Assembly: GCA_963744145.1 (NCBI GenBank)
Contig: CAVUSO010000001.1
Span: 2,240,001-2,304,000, forward strand
Reading direction: 5' to 3'
Source of the DNA: an uncultured cyanobacterium
GTDB taxonomy: Bacteria > Cyanobacteriota > Cyanobacteriia > Cyanobacteriales > CAWUOF01
Length of the DNA stretch: 64,000 nucleotides
In this document: positions 40,946 to 51,075 of the stretch, piece after piece
Numbering within the stretch: the first letter of the stretch is position 1
Layout: each line of letters begins with the position of its first letter
Position numbers and translations under genes: made by a program
Notes under the pieces: generated by a model
Seen by the model: only the letters and a program-made list of their open reading frames with translations
Databases searched by the model: none
What the model was told of the DNA's origin: nothing

Positions 40946-41341
40946 ATGAAAAGTGCAAATGAGATAGACAGTCATAGATCATTAGCTCCAATTGGTTGTA
41001 AACAACTAGCTGTATATTTGCTAGAGTCGGGTTTATTAACAGAAGCGCAAATGATGGTAGCAACCTATGACAAAAAAGCAACGGGAATGAGCTTGTCAGA
41101 AATTGTCGTAGCTAGGGGGTGGATTCAGCAAGAAATGCTTGATGATTTGTATGAAAAAGTGATCATCCCCGAGCGGATGAACCTTCAAAAAGGAGTGACT
41201 TATTATCAATTAGATCGGGGGTATCATCGAATGTCATTACCAGATTGGTTAAAGAGTAAGGGATTATTGAGGGAAACCAACAAAGAAGAACTAACAGTAG
41301 CTGGACGATCGAACGATCTAGTGGAATGGACTATAGATTAA
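40946..41341 (+). CDS. Hypothetical protein with GSPII/MshEN-like N-terminal motif
   Basis: L..YLLESGLLTEAQ..VA.YD...TGM.L.EI.V.RGWI. Confidence 0.6.
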   Translation: MKSANEIDSHRSLAPIGCKQLAVYLLESGLLTEAQMMVATYDKKATGMSLSEIVVARGWIQQEMLDDLYEKVIIPERMNLQKGVTYYQLDRGYHRMSLPDWLKSKGLLRETNKEELTVAGRSNDLVEWTID

Positions 41342-41405
41342 GAGGAAATCGTCGATCGTTGCTTGTCAATTCTCAAATATTGACCAAATCCAGGTGAATT
41401 TTCTC

Positions 41406-42689
41406 CTACAAATCTGGACGTTCTAGGAGAGGAACGAGGATAGCTCCTAAACCTTGTTTTCCATGAGATCCACCCCCAAATCCAGATAACCGTCGGTGAG
41501 GTTCTTGAGGTAAGTAACCAGCTGGACATTCGTATCGATCGACCCTGAAGTTGACATTGACCGAATCCCACCGATACCATCCTACTCTTTCGCGGAAGCT
41601 ATCTTCATTAGCACTAACACTTTGCCAGATTTGCTTTTGGACACTTAAAGCATAATGTCCATATGAGTATTTTAACCACAGATTGTCAATTATCGTTAAA
41701 TCAGAACTGGGAAATTGGGCAATTTCTTCTGGTTGCAATTCTTCCCCACCATAGTCAGTTGCTTTACCAGCGGCTAAAAACATGACTCTAGCTGTTTCAG
41801 CATCAGCTTCTTGCCACTTTCTTGCTACTAATAAATCCCGTAATATTGTATAATCTATGCCAGCCGGAGACAGAAAAGGATTGTATTTTTGCAAAGCTTG
41901 CTTGGCTTTGGGATCAGCTCTTTCGGCAATTAGCTCATAAGCTACACATTGAATCGCCCAAGATTCATTTTTTAAAGCATGAATTACCAATTTTAATCCT
42001 TCTTTTCCATATTTTATTGCTTCTTGAAGAGCTGCAATCTTTAGCTCTTCAGATTCATGATCTAGACGCAATTTAATCTCTTCTAATCCTCCCCAATCTT
42101 GACGTTCAGCCAAAAGATTTTCATCAGTTACTTGAGCATCATCGGACAAATGTAGGTCATGTTTTTTAGACAGTTCAAATTTGGGCGTCAAAGCCTCATT
42201 AATTAGGGATACTTGATGTTCTTGTAACTCTTCAAACACCGGTTCTACATCCAACATGATTTGGTTATTGGCATCTTCTTCTACTACACCAGCAGACTCA
42301 GACAGTTGATCCAAAAGAGCTTGGAGAACATCAAAGACCTTGAGAAATAGTAACTCTAGCTTTTGGTCAACCCTAACTGACTGAAAAGTATCTTGAAAAA
42401 CTATGAAACAGTCTTCTAATCGATGGGCTGTTTTTTGAATGCTGTTGAAACCGAGCATGGCAGCCCCTCCTTTAATTGAGTGTGCTGCCCGGAAAAGCTC
42501 ATACAACATTTCTGGGTCTTCAATTGTGCTTTGCAGATTCAGCAAACCCTGCTCAATAGTTTCGAGGTGATCTTTAGCCTCTTGAAGGAAGTATCCTATG
42601 ATTCGCTGTTCTTGATCCGCCGTCATAGCTTTGTCCCTGGTAAATGCGCTGTTCTCATCTTTCTCTTTCCCAAAACCAGGTAAAATCAC
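41406..42689 (-). CDS. Hpt, HEAT-like, GUN4 domain fusion protein (likely start ATG 42626)
   Basis: YFLQEAKDHL..LFRAAHSIKGGAAMLGF; IAALQEAIKYGKEGL; GIDY..LRDLL..KWQEADAET..FP..DL..IDNLW.KYS.G. Confidence 0.8.
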   Translation of the reverse strand: MILPGFGKEKDENSAFTRDKAMTADQEQRIIGYFLQEAKDHLETIEQGLLNLQSTIEDPEMLYELFRAAHSIKGGAAMLGFNSIQKTAHRLEDCFIVFQDTFQSVRVDQKLELLFLKVFDVLQALLDQLSESAGVVEEDANNQIMLDVEPVFEELQEHQVSLINEALTPKFELSKKHDLHLSDDAQVTDENLLAERQDWGGLEEIKLRLDHESEELKIAALQEAIKYGKEGLKLVIHALKNESWAIQCVAYELIAERADPKAKQALQKYNPFLSPAGIDYTILRDLLVARKWQEADAETARVMFLAAGKATDYGGEELQPEEIAQFPSSDLTIIDNLWLKYSYGHYALSVQKQIWQSVSANEDSFRERVGWYRWDSVNVNFRVDRYECPAGYLPQEPHRRLSGFGGGSHGKQGLGAILVPLLERPDL

Positions 42690-43624
42690 TGGTTGGTTCT
42701 ACTCTGTGGGTCGGTCAGGATCGCCCAGACAATTCGACCCACCTGGTTAGAGCTTTGCCAAAATGCGATCGCCAAACTGTTTCCACTGAGATTTATTTTT
42801 TTAATTAGCATTGGTAGTAATTTAATTGTTGGCATAATGCAAATTAATTCTGGTTGATTGTTGTCAAAATCTAACTGTTAAAATTGGCAGTTTTTGCTAT
42901 CCTTTATTTACAGGTATTTATTTTTAATCTCCTTTCCAGTAATAATTTAAACACATTTAATATTTCTAGTAAGTAGAAATTGGCTCGACTGGGTGATCAC
43001 TCCAGATTTTTCAGTCTCCCCAAGTCAGATTAACCGATTTATTTAGATATCGATCTTACCACCAGAGATGAGGGATAAAGACATTTTTCCCCAGTTTGAC
43101 CCAAATCTTTCTGGGCTATAAGGTGGGCAACTGCGCGAGAATTTTGATGCAGTTGGTTAGATCCCATCATCTTTTTGCCCTAGTCAGACTTGTGCCTGAG
43201 ATAATTTTCCCTCACTGATAGCTATTTGACCCCTAGCAGGCTTGCTGAAAAATCCTCCCCAGACTAAAGGCATAATAATCTCTTTTACTGTGTTAGTCGT
43301 AAACTTGTCTGGATCAACCCAATGATCATTTAATTTATCGGGGGTATGCCTCCTTAAATCTCAAAATATAGCCTATGTTCAAACTTAATGTAATTAGGCG
43401 ATGATAGAAAAATTTCAACAAAAATCTTTATTCCCAAGTAGTTGAGCCATTTTTCACTGGATAATAGCCAATGACGATCCGAAATGTGCATCTGACTAAC
43501 TATTCCTACCCCTCCTTTCGTCCCATGATGCTGGGGAAAAGGGGGGCGGTTGCTACCAGTCAACCTTTAGCGAGTTTAGCTGGGATGGAAATGCTGCACC
43601 AGGGAGGAAATGCAGTCGATGCGG

Positions 43625-43880
43625 CTATCCGCTAAACACGCTTTCAGATCTGGACAACCAGTACATAAAGTGTAGAGATGGCCAGTCTCAGTAGGGGCGT
43701 ATTGCAATACGCCCCTGCTACGTTACTTGGGTCATGGCACCCTTCGACTCCGCTCAGGGTAAACCTGCGAGTGCTTTCCAGCTTGTAGCTCTGCCGTTCA
43801 ACTTTAAACATCCCTATAAAGCTCAAGGAAGTGAGTTGAGCCGAACAAGCCTAAGTAACATTGACGAGGAAACAATTACC
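43625..43880 (+). ncRNA. HEARO / IscB omegaRNA-like structured RNA (interrupted by a REP and a 24-nt element)
   Basis: ctacgtta..ggtcatggcacc..gtgc..ccagc..gctctg..tttaaaca..ggaagtg..acaagcct..taacattgacgaggaaacaattacc matches the recalled HEARO consensus order. Confidence 0.7.
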
Positions 43881-44093
43881 ATTCGACTACGCTCACGGTC
43901 AGCCTGAGCAATCAGAGTTTTAAACGCCCCAAGCGAGGCGGGTCTGAAAAGAACAATATCGTAGCTTCTATCTGTAATGCCAGCAGATATGCCAGAGAGA
44001 ATCACCACTTTTGAGGCGCAAAGGTGTTCTTTTTTTTTGATTAAGATCGCAAGAGTCCACATTTGTCCACATATTCGGCGATTAGAGGTGATC
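43625..44093 (+). mobile_element. ORF-less insertion element carrying a HEARO/IscB omegaRNA-like scaffold
   Basis: Precise removal restores the ggt frame (D-A-A-I-A-M) and a HIP1 site, with no target duplication. Confidence 0.8.
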
Positions 44094-44383
44094 CGATCGC
44101 GATGGCAATTACCCTAACAGTAGTAGAGCCTACCTGCAATGGGATTGGCTCCGATGCTTTTGCTTTATTTTGGGATAGTCAATTACATGGGCTCAATGCT
44201 GCGGGCAAAAGTCCGCAAAATTTGACAAAAAACTATGGTTCTGATCTGAAAGAATTACCCATCTATGGGTGGACAACAGTAACCGTACCTGGAGCAGTTT
44301 CTGCTTGGCGATCGCTGTGGCAAAAATGGGCTGCATCTGAATCCCGTGCTGATGGAATTGCTTTAGCTTGGTAGGTTGAACAT

Positions 44384-44411
44384 AAAAAAACCCCCCACAG
44401 CGGTGGGAGGG
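44384..44411 (-). terminator. Intrinsic terminator downstream of psb35
   Basis: Minus strand ccctcccaccgctgtgggggg plus T7. Confidence 0.65.
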
Positions 44412-44439
44412 GAGCCAGTAAGCGACTATTTAATTATTT

Positions 44440-44670
44440 TTACGAGTTTTGTAAAGTGCTGCTAGCGTAAGCATCCATCCCATAAGCAGGCACCCGCTCG
44501 TTATAATCCATTTTGCTACCAGTAATAGACTCAGATAGTCGTTCAAAAGATGCAGAGCGCCAATTGCGTTCGTGGATAGGTTTAGTTTGTTCACCCCGGA
44601 AATAAGCTTGAGTACCCAGTAATGCTGCTGCTACCCAACCAATGATAAATAAGGCGATTAGAAGTGTCAT
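44440..44670 (-). CDS. psb35: Photosystem II assembly protein Psb35 (Ssl2148-like)
   Basis: IGWVAA..LGTQAYFRGEQTKPIHERNWRS..FE.L..SITG. Confidence 0.75.
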   Translation of the reverse strand: MTLLIALFIIGWVAAALLGTQAYFRGEQTKPIHERNWRSASFERLSESITGSKMDYNERVPAYGMDAYASSTLQNS

Positions 44671-44698
44671 TTGTTTAATCCTTTAACTTTTATTGCTT

Positions 44699-44716
44699 TA
44701 TGTAAATAAATATAAC
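44699..44716 (-). promoter_or_regulatory. HLR1 (RpaB) motif upstream of psb35
   Basis: Minus strand GTTATATT-TA-TTTACATA (one mismatch), 28 bp upstream of the ATG. Confidence 0.65.
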
Positions 44717-44898
44717 AAACTATTTTCAAAAATGACAAGATGGGTTATAGGGTATTAACCTCCTCTGGAGATAGGGTAATCCACACTGTTCATCCTTGGG
44801 AAAAAACAAGTAAGACCAAACCAGAAACCATGGGTTTAGCTCTAGACAATCGTTGGCAAATTTTTTAAGCTAGATGTGAACTTGTTGAGGATAGATGT

Positions 44899-45084
44899 AT
44901 GATGTTCGTAAATCTAAAATTAGTTAAAGCCAAAAAACTCCTCTCCTTTGTGCCATCTGTAGTAGGAATATTGCTGATTTTTGGGTTTATATTTACTATA
45001 TTATTGCCGGATTTTTTAGCTCAACCAGCAAAAAATAAGCAAGCTCACTTCCCAGCTAATGAGATAAAATCCAAGTGCGACTAA
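44899..45084 (+). CDS. Small membrane protein, hypothetical
   Basis: RBS-like gagga upstream; one hydrophobic segment. Confidence 0.4.
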   Translation: MMFVNLKLVKAKKLLSFVPSVVGILLIFGFIFTILLPDFLAQPAKNKQAHFPANEIKSKCD

Positions 45085-45256
45085 CTGAATAGTTCATTAA
45101 TATTTTTATCCGATCGCGATTCAATTGGTTAAAAATTAAGCGAGTTGAGGATATCAAACATTTAGATAATCTGGTGGATTGGCGATCGCATTGTCAATGG
45201 GTGAGTTCTGGGCAAAAATTGTTTCACAATGAAGATATATTAATTAAGATTGATCT

Positions 45257-45323
45257 GTAGGTGGGGGTGGGTTTTTATGATTAGTGGGTAAGTCTCAAAA
45301 ATCTGGGTGAACCCACCCCTACA
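45257..45323. repeat. REP hairpin (same family as 51866-52030)
   Basis: gggtgggttt..ctgggtgaacccacccctac. Confidence 0.7.
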
Positions 45324-45397
45324 AAAATCCGCAAATTGAGGATAAAATATGTGATTCAATTGGTATGGACAGTTTCACCAATTAAGTCCTGTAGGTA

Positions 45398-46306
45398 CTA
45401 ATTTACTGTCTCGGTTATCCTTTGAGTCACTTCCAGATAAATATGTTCTAATCGGACTGGTTGACGAGCGATCGCATCGATTTTAATCCCCGGAAACTGA
45501 GCAATGATTTCTGATAATTCTAAAGCTGTTGGTAACCAAAAAGCCAAATCACTACCATAACGACGATAGGTAAAACCACAAGTTTCACCCCGAGCGATCG
45601 CACCTGGTTCATCGGGAGTATTGATGACGACAATTTCTTCAGCGGGAATTAGTTGTCGTAATTGTGCTAAACTACCTTCAGCTAAAATTTTCCCATGTTT
45701 AAGAATCCCAATGCGATCGCAAAGTCGTTCAGCTTCATCTAATAAATGAGTGGTAAGTAAAACCGTAGTTCCTTGTGCTTTTAATTGTCGAATTAACTCC
45801 CAAATTTCATAACGTGCTTCAATATCTAACCCGGTTGTCGGTTCATCTAAAATTACTAATTTAGGTTGATGAACTAACGCAACAGCAATATTTAACCGTC
45901 GTTTCATTCCACTACTGAGAGTTTCGACCGGAGATTGAGCGCGATCGGTTAAATTAACAGCATTTAAACAAATTTTAATGCGTTCTCGTCTCTGCTGATG
46001 ATTTAGACCATAGATTTGAGCATAAAAATTCAAATTCTCGGTACAAGTTAGAGTTTGATAGAGTAAATTTTCCTGGGGAGCAACTCCGAGTAAATATTTA
46101 GTTTTTTGGGAAATCGGTTGATCATTAATCCCGATCGTCCCCCGATCGGGTTGAAGTAAATTACAAATAATATTAATGGTCGTAGTTTTTCCAGCTCCAT
46201 TCGGTCCTAATAATCCATAAATTTCTCCAGGAGCAATCTGTAAAGATAAATTATCTAAAACCGAGACTTTACCATAAGCTTTACTAAGCTGATTGATTTG
46301 CAGCAT
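45398..46306 (-). CDS. ABC transporter ATP-binding protein (ABC-2 type)
   Basis: GPNGAGKTT, LSSGMKRR, LDEPTTGLD, LTTH. Confidence 0.92.
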   Translation of the reverse strand: MLQINQLSKAYGKVSVLDNLSLQIAPGEIYGLLGPNGAGKTTTINIICNLLQPDRGTIGINDQPISQKTKYLLGVAPQENLLYQTLTCTENLNFYAQIYGLNHQQRRERIKICLNAVNLTDRAQSPVETLSSGMKRRLNIAVALVHQPKLVILDEPTTGLDIEARYEIWELIRQLKAQGTTVLLTTHLLDEAERLCDRIGILKHGKILAEGSLAQLRQLIPAEEIVVINTPDEPGAIARGETCGFTYRRYGSDLAFWLPTALELSEIIAQFPGIKIDAIARQPVRLEHIYLEVTQRITETVN

Positions 46307-46323
46307 CCTGAACTTACCTAAAA

Positions 46324-47097
46324 TTATAATCTACTTTCTCGTCGCAACATTCGTTGATAAGACAACCACCCACAAACTACCATAAAAACAGCAAATCCAC
46401 AGAGAAACCAAAAATGCTCAGTCACATCAGCAAATTCATCCCCATTAGCAGAAATTTTCACCAATGCTTCATTCATATGATAGATTGGATTAAATTTGGC
46501 AATTTCTCGTAAAACTTTCGGAAACAAAAATGTCGGGATAAAAGCACCTCCAAGAATTAGTAAAGGAACACCAAAAGCAGCTACTAAAGCATTAACATCC
46601 TCAGTTCGACGAGCTAACTGAGTACCCAAAACAAACCCAACCCCCACATAAGAAATAATACTAAGGAAAATAATCAAGACGACTAACCACAGAGAACCAT
46701 GAAACTCAGCACCTAAAAAAACCGCTAGGGTATAAACTAGGAGAGTTTGACCTATCCCAATCCAACTGTGGGCTAAAAAAATGCCCAAAAAATAGGAAGT
46801 TCCACTTAAAGGAGAAATAAATAGACGTTTAAGAGTTTGTTGCTCTCTTTCTGCTACCACTGTAGCTACACTACCACCCAAACAGCTAAAAAACAGAGCA
46901 GCACCAACTAAACTAGAGGGTGCAGCACGTTGAAAAGCTTGAGCAGTTGACAATTGAGCGCGTTCTGCAAAAATTAATCCGTTGAGTAACAAGACAAAGA
47001 TCGGAAAAATCACCCAAAAAATCAAACTACGTCGTCTTCGTAACAATTCCAGCAGAATTCGTTGTGCTACTGCTATCGTTTCGTACCAATATTTCAT
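46324..47097 (-). CDS. ABC-2 type permease
   Basis: Six hydrophobic helices; EREQQTLKRL..SP; NPIYHM. Confidence 0.9.
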   Translation of the reverse strand: MKYWYETIAVAQRILLELLRRRRSLIFWVIFPIFVLLLNGLIFAERAQLSTAQAFQRAAPSSLVGAALFFSCLGGSVATVVAEREQQTLKRLFISPLSGTSYFLGIFLAHSWIGIGQTLLVYTLAVFLGAEFHGSLWLVVLIIFLSIISYVGVGFVLGTQLARRTEDVNALVAAFGVPLLILGGAFIPTFLFPKVLREIAKFNPIYHMNEALVKISANGDEFADVTEHFWFLCGFAVFMVVCGWLSYQRMLRRESRL

Positions 47098-47121
47098 CTT
47101 GAGAAATTAGCTAAACTACAA

Positions 47122-49065
47122 ATGAGTCAATTACCACAATATACTTTTTCCCACCCCATCTCACGACGGACATTATTAAAATTCTTCGGAGTTGGTACAA
47201 TTGGTGGTTTAATCGGATATTCCCGTTTAGTCAAACCCCAACCAACAATTTTTCAGCAGGATCGGTTTGATTTACCCAAATTATTAAATAAATCTCTAAG
47301 TGTCGTCGTGGTGGGAGGGGGACTAGCTGGGTTAGCAGCTGCGTATGAACTGAGTCAAAGGGGTTTTAACGTTACTCTGTTAGAAAAAGCACCTCAATTA
47401 GGAGGAAAAATTGCCAGTTGGTTGATCCAAATGGACAATGAGACTTTTATGATGGAGCATGGTTTTCATGGCTTTTTTCCCCAATATTATAATCTGAATA
47501 ACTTAGTCAAAGAACTCAATATCGTTGATAATTTTCTGGATTTAAAATTCTATTCCGTTGTGTTCCGCAATCACCAATATCAGCCCGAAGTATTTCGTCC
47601 GACTCATTCAGCATTTCCTTGGAATATAATTGATTTAGCGATCGCATCTCCTAATCGTTTAGATTGGGGAATTAATCTGACCAAATGGGACCATTGGCAA
47701 GTTTTTCGAGCTATTACTGGTTTTCAAATTCAAAAAACTTTCCAACGTCTCGATCATCTATCTGTTGCTGAATGGGTAAAAACGGATTTCCCCAAGGGAT
47801 TATATGATTTGTATTTTCTTCCTTTTGCTAGATCAAGTCTGAATGCACCAGATTTAATGAGTGTAGGAGAATTAATGCAATTTTTCCACTTCTACTTTTT
47901 TGGAAATCCGGAAGGATTAGCTTTTCATGGTACTAAACAAGACATGGGTACTTCCCTAGTCCAACCGATAGTCAAAGCGATCGAAAATCAAGGTGGGAGA
48001 ATTATTACTGGAGCTAATATCAGTGCTATTAATACGACTAATGGTAAAATTGATTCTCTCAATTATTACCAAGGAAATGCTAGTAATAGAGTACCTTTTT
48101 GGGTCCAGCGTCAGACACTAACTAATAGTAACCAGATGGAATATTTTGGTGCTGGGGATGAAGTTTTTGCGGTTGAAGCTGGAGCAAAAGAAGCTATTTC
48201 TCTGACTTGTACTCATCAAGGATGTACTGTACAATTTCAAGATGATGGTAAATTTCACTGTCCTTGTCATGGTGCTGTTTTTGATGCTCAAGGTAAAGTA
48301 TTAACAGGTCCAGCTCAACGAGATTTATTACGGTTTAATATTAAAGAGCGTCAAAACAATCAAGTCCAATTAGTTGCAGAAATTAATCATGCTTCTGAGC
48401 AACCGGAAATAATTCAAGCTGACTATTATGTGTTTGCGACTGATGTTCCCGGAGTAAAAAGATTGTTTAATTTAATTAATGGTGAAATTAATCAACAAGT
48501 GCGATCGCAGGTAGAAAAATTAGCAGTTGCTGATCCTTTTGCGGTTGTCCGGTTTTGGTTTGATCGGGATTTTGAATGGAAACATAGTTGGTTTACTTCT
48601 TTATCTGGGTATCGTTTGACCGATAGCATCACCCTCTATCACCGGATTCAGGATCAGTTTATCAAATGGCATGAAAAAACTGGCGGTAGTGTGGTAGAAT
48701 TACACGCATACTGTTATAAAGAGCAAGAATTCCCTAACCAAGCAGTTTTGCTCACAACCTTTGAGCAGGAATTGTATGAAATTGTACCAGAATTACAGCA
48801 AGCAAAAATCCTCCATCGGGAATTAGTCAATCAAAAGAATTTTGCTGGATATCCACCCGGAAGTTATCGCGATCGACCTGAAACTAGCACGGGTATTCCA
48901 AATTTATTATTTGCTGGTGATTGGGTGAAAATGCCTTTTCCTTGTGGTTTAATGGAAAGAGCAATTAGTAGTGGATTATTAGCAGCTAATGAAATTTTAC
49001 ATCGTCAAGGATTACAGAGACGATCTCTTTTTTCGGTCAATCCAGAAGGGGTACTAAAAATTTGA
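47122..49065 (+). CDS. cruE: FAD-dependent carotenoid ring desaturase/methyltransferase with Rieske insert (CruE/CrtU-like)
   Basis: Tat-like SRRTLLK; GGGLAGLAAA..LLEK; EHGFHGFFPQYYN; Rieske CTHQGC..CPCHG; AGDWV..LMERA. Confidence 0.75.
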   Translation: MSQLPQYTFSHPISRRTLLKFFGVGTIGGLIGYSRLVKPQPTIFQQDRFDLPKLLNKSLSVVVVGGGLAGLAAAYELSQRGFNVTLLEKAPQLGGKIASWLIQMDNETFMMEHGFHGFFPQYYNLNNLVKELNIVDNFLDLKFYSVVFRNHQYQPEVFRPTHSAFPWNIIDLAIASPNRLDWGINLTKWDHWQVFRAITGFQIQKTFQRLDHLSVAEWVKTDFPKGLYDLYFLPFARSSLNAPDLMSVGELMQFFHFYFFGNPEGLAFHGTKQDMGTSLVQPIVKAIENQGGRIITGANISAINTTNGKIDSLNYYQGNASNRVPFWVQRQTLTNSNQMEYFGAGDEVFAVEAGAKEAISLTCTHQGCTVQFQDDGKFHCPCHGAVFDAQGKVLTGPAQRDLLRFNIKERQNNQVQLVAEINHASEQPEIIQADYYVFATDVPGVKRLFNLINGEINQQVRSQVEKLAVADPFAVVRFWFDRDFEWKHSWFTSLSGYRLTDSITLYHRIQDQFIKWHEKTGGSVVELHAYCYKEQEFPNQAVLLTTFEQELYEIVPELQQAKILHRELVNQKNFAGYPPGSYRDRPETSTGIPNLLFAGDWVKMPFPCGLMERAISSGLLAANEILHRQGLQRRSLFSVNPEGVLKI

Positions 49066-49094
49066 TCTGATCCTCATTATCACTAGAAATAATC

Positions 49095-49808
49095 ATGAAT
49101 AGATGGCTAAATCGAAAAAATCTCGCGATCGCGACGATAATTGCAGTATTCATTTTTCTGGGTATCGCGATTATTAATCATGAGGAAAATGGCTGTTTAC
49201 TATCATCATCTCCCTTATGTCAATCCATGGCAAAAATTCCGACTACTGGTAAAGAAGCATCAGCGATCGGCACCAATTATACTAAACTAGCCCAGTTATT
49301 AACTAGACAGCAATTTGTCTTAGCGGATCAAGAAACAACTGATAAATTGGTATGGATCTACGATCCCAAATCAGTGGAACTGGGAAGAATCGATAATGTT
49401 AATCAATTACCTTGTCAGGACTTAAAAACTATTGATAAATTATGGACTACTGCTAGTGGTGGGAAGTATGGATTTACTATTCAAACTAAAATCTATCAAG
49501 AAATTATTCAGAAAGAAAAAAATAAACCACCATATCAAGACATTGACAAAATTTACCAAACTTTTGCCAAACAAGTAGGATGGAAAGTTGGAAAAGATTT
49601 ACAGCATTTAGAAGAATTAAGTTTTGATCCAGGAGCAGGAAAGGGACATCTACCTATGACCTATGTTACATTAGGAGTAGCAAGTTGCTGTCGAGACTTC
49701 ACTTTAAAAAATATATTTAAATTATGCTTCATGTGTTCACCATGGCAATCTGCTGCACCTGGTTTTTTGCCATCAATGTTAAATAGAATTAAATTATGTA
49801 AAATATAA
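49095..49808 (+). CDS. Membrane-anchored GUN4 domain protein
   Basis: N-terminal TM; NYTKL..LL..ADQET; PCQDLKTIDKLW...SGGKYGF.IQ; GHLP. Confidence 0.8.
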   Translation: MNRWLNRKNLAIATIIAVFIFLGIAIINHEENGCLLSSSPLCQSMAKIPTTGKEASAIGTNYTKLAQLLTRQQFVLADQETTDKLVWIYDPKSVELGRIDNVNQLPCQDLKTIDKLWTTASGGKYGFTIQTKIYQEIIQKEKNKPPYQDIDKIYQTFAKQVGWKVGKDLQHLEELSFDPGAGKGHLPMTYVTLGVASCCRDFTLKNIFKLCFMCSPWQSAAPGFLPSMLNRIKLCKI

Positions 49809-49831
49809 CTCTTGGAATCAGACAATTAATT

Positions 49832-50905
49832 ATGTCCAACCAAACGATTGCTAATTTATCGATCAATACAGAAATTAACAATATTCGTCAACTGGGAATT
49901 AACCCCCATCACTGGTATGTAGTTGCTCGTAGTTCGGAGGTACAAACTGAGCCATTAGGAATTGTATTGTGGGATCAGCCCATCGTATTATATCGCGATC
50001 GCACTGGAAAAATCTATGCTTTAGAAGATAGATGTCCCCACCGTCAAGTTAAATTAAGTCATGGTAAAATCATCCTTGATCAACTAGAATGTGCTTATCA
50101 TGGCTGGCGATTTAAGTCAAGTGGAGAATGTGCAGAAGTACCTTATTTAGCGACTAATCAAAAACTACCTAATTGTCAAATTCGGGTATATCCAGTGAGA
50201 GAACAAGACGGATTTATCTGGATCTTTCCTGGAAATGAGCATTTATCAACCAAGGTTTCTCCTCTGAGCATTCCCGAATGGGAACATCTTAATTATATTG
50301 CCACCGTAGCAATCATTGAATGTCAAGCTCATTATTCTTATTTAATCGAAAACTTGATGGATATGTATCACGGGCACTTACATCAAAATTGGCAAGCTTG
50401 GGCAGATGCAAAATTAGAAAATTTAGTGGAAAATGAAAATCAAGTTGATGCTTATTATCAAGCCCAAAGTTATTATAAAATTGATCAAATCTGGTCAATC
50501 TCTCAATTATTTTTTCCCGGATTGCGCCAACTCCATCCTGAACCTTTAAAGGTAAGTTATATTTATCCTCATTGGTGTTCAACTTTAGGTCAAGACTTTA
50601 AAATTTACTGTCTGCTAGCTCCCATAAATGAAACTGCAACCCGTGCTTATTTAATTCACTTTACCTCTTTAAATGCCTTTTCGCGCTTGCACAAATTACC
50701 AATAGCATTCAGAAGATTTATCAAAAATAGCCTATTTGGCTCTGCTCAAAAATTACTAAATGGTTTAGTCAGTCAAGATGTGCAAATGATTGAAGAAGAA
50801 CAACAAGCTTATCTCAAAAATCCGCAAATTAGTAATTATGAATTAAACCGAGCTTTAGTAAGTGTGCAAAGATTAATGAAAATTCAATCCCAGAGCAAAA
50901 TTTAG
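49832..50905 (+). CDS. Rieske non-heme iron oxygenase (CruH-like candidate)
   Basis: CPHR..CAYHGW Rieske motif; ENLMDMYHGHLH mononuclear Fe motif; next to cruE. Confidence 0.8.
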   Translation: MSNQTIANLSINTEINNIRQLGINPHHWYVVARSSEVQTEPLGIVLWDQPIVLYRDRTGKIYALEDRCPHRQVKLSHGKIILDQLECAYHGWRFKSSGECAEVPYLATNQKLPNCQIRVYPVREQDGFIWIFPGNEHLSTKVSPLSIPEWEHLNYIATVAIIECQAHYSYLIENLMDMYHGHLHQNWQAWADAKLENLVENENQVDAYYQAQSYYKIDQIWSISQLFFPGLRQLHPEPLKVSYIYPHWCSTLGQDFKIYCLLAPINETATRAYLIHFTSLNAFSRLHKLPIAFRRFIKNSLFGSAQKLLNGLVSQDVQMIEEEQQAYLKNPQISNYELNRALVSVQRLMKIQSQSKI

Positions 50906-51075
50906 CTCCTCTCCAAGGGAACCTGAGAAATTAGTTTTCTGTCTTTATCTAAAAGGAGGTCTGAATCACCATCTATTTCTTGGTCATCCAATCGGGTGAT
51001 CCGAATGATGGTAAATCCAGACTTCAACAAGCTAATCTAGGGTTAAAAACACAGGTTTGGGATTCAGAAAGCAAT

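Larger units (their letters stand above)
43471..44374 (+). pseudogene. ggt: Gamma-glutamyltransferase pseudogene (469-bp insertion plus large internal deletion)
   Basis: GAVATSQPLA..GGNAVDA|AIAMAITLTVVEPTCNGIGSDAFA..TVPGAV.AW, then a jump to the C-terminal AASE.RADG.ALAW. Confidence 0.88.

Noticed and set aside
43644..44062. Two short minus-strand ORFs
   Set aside because: Chance frames across the HEARO-like insert and its repeats
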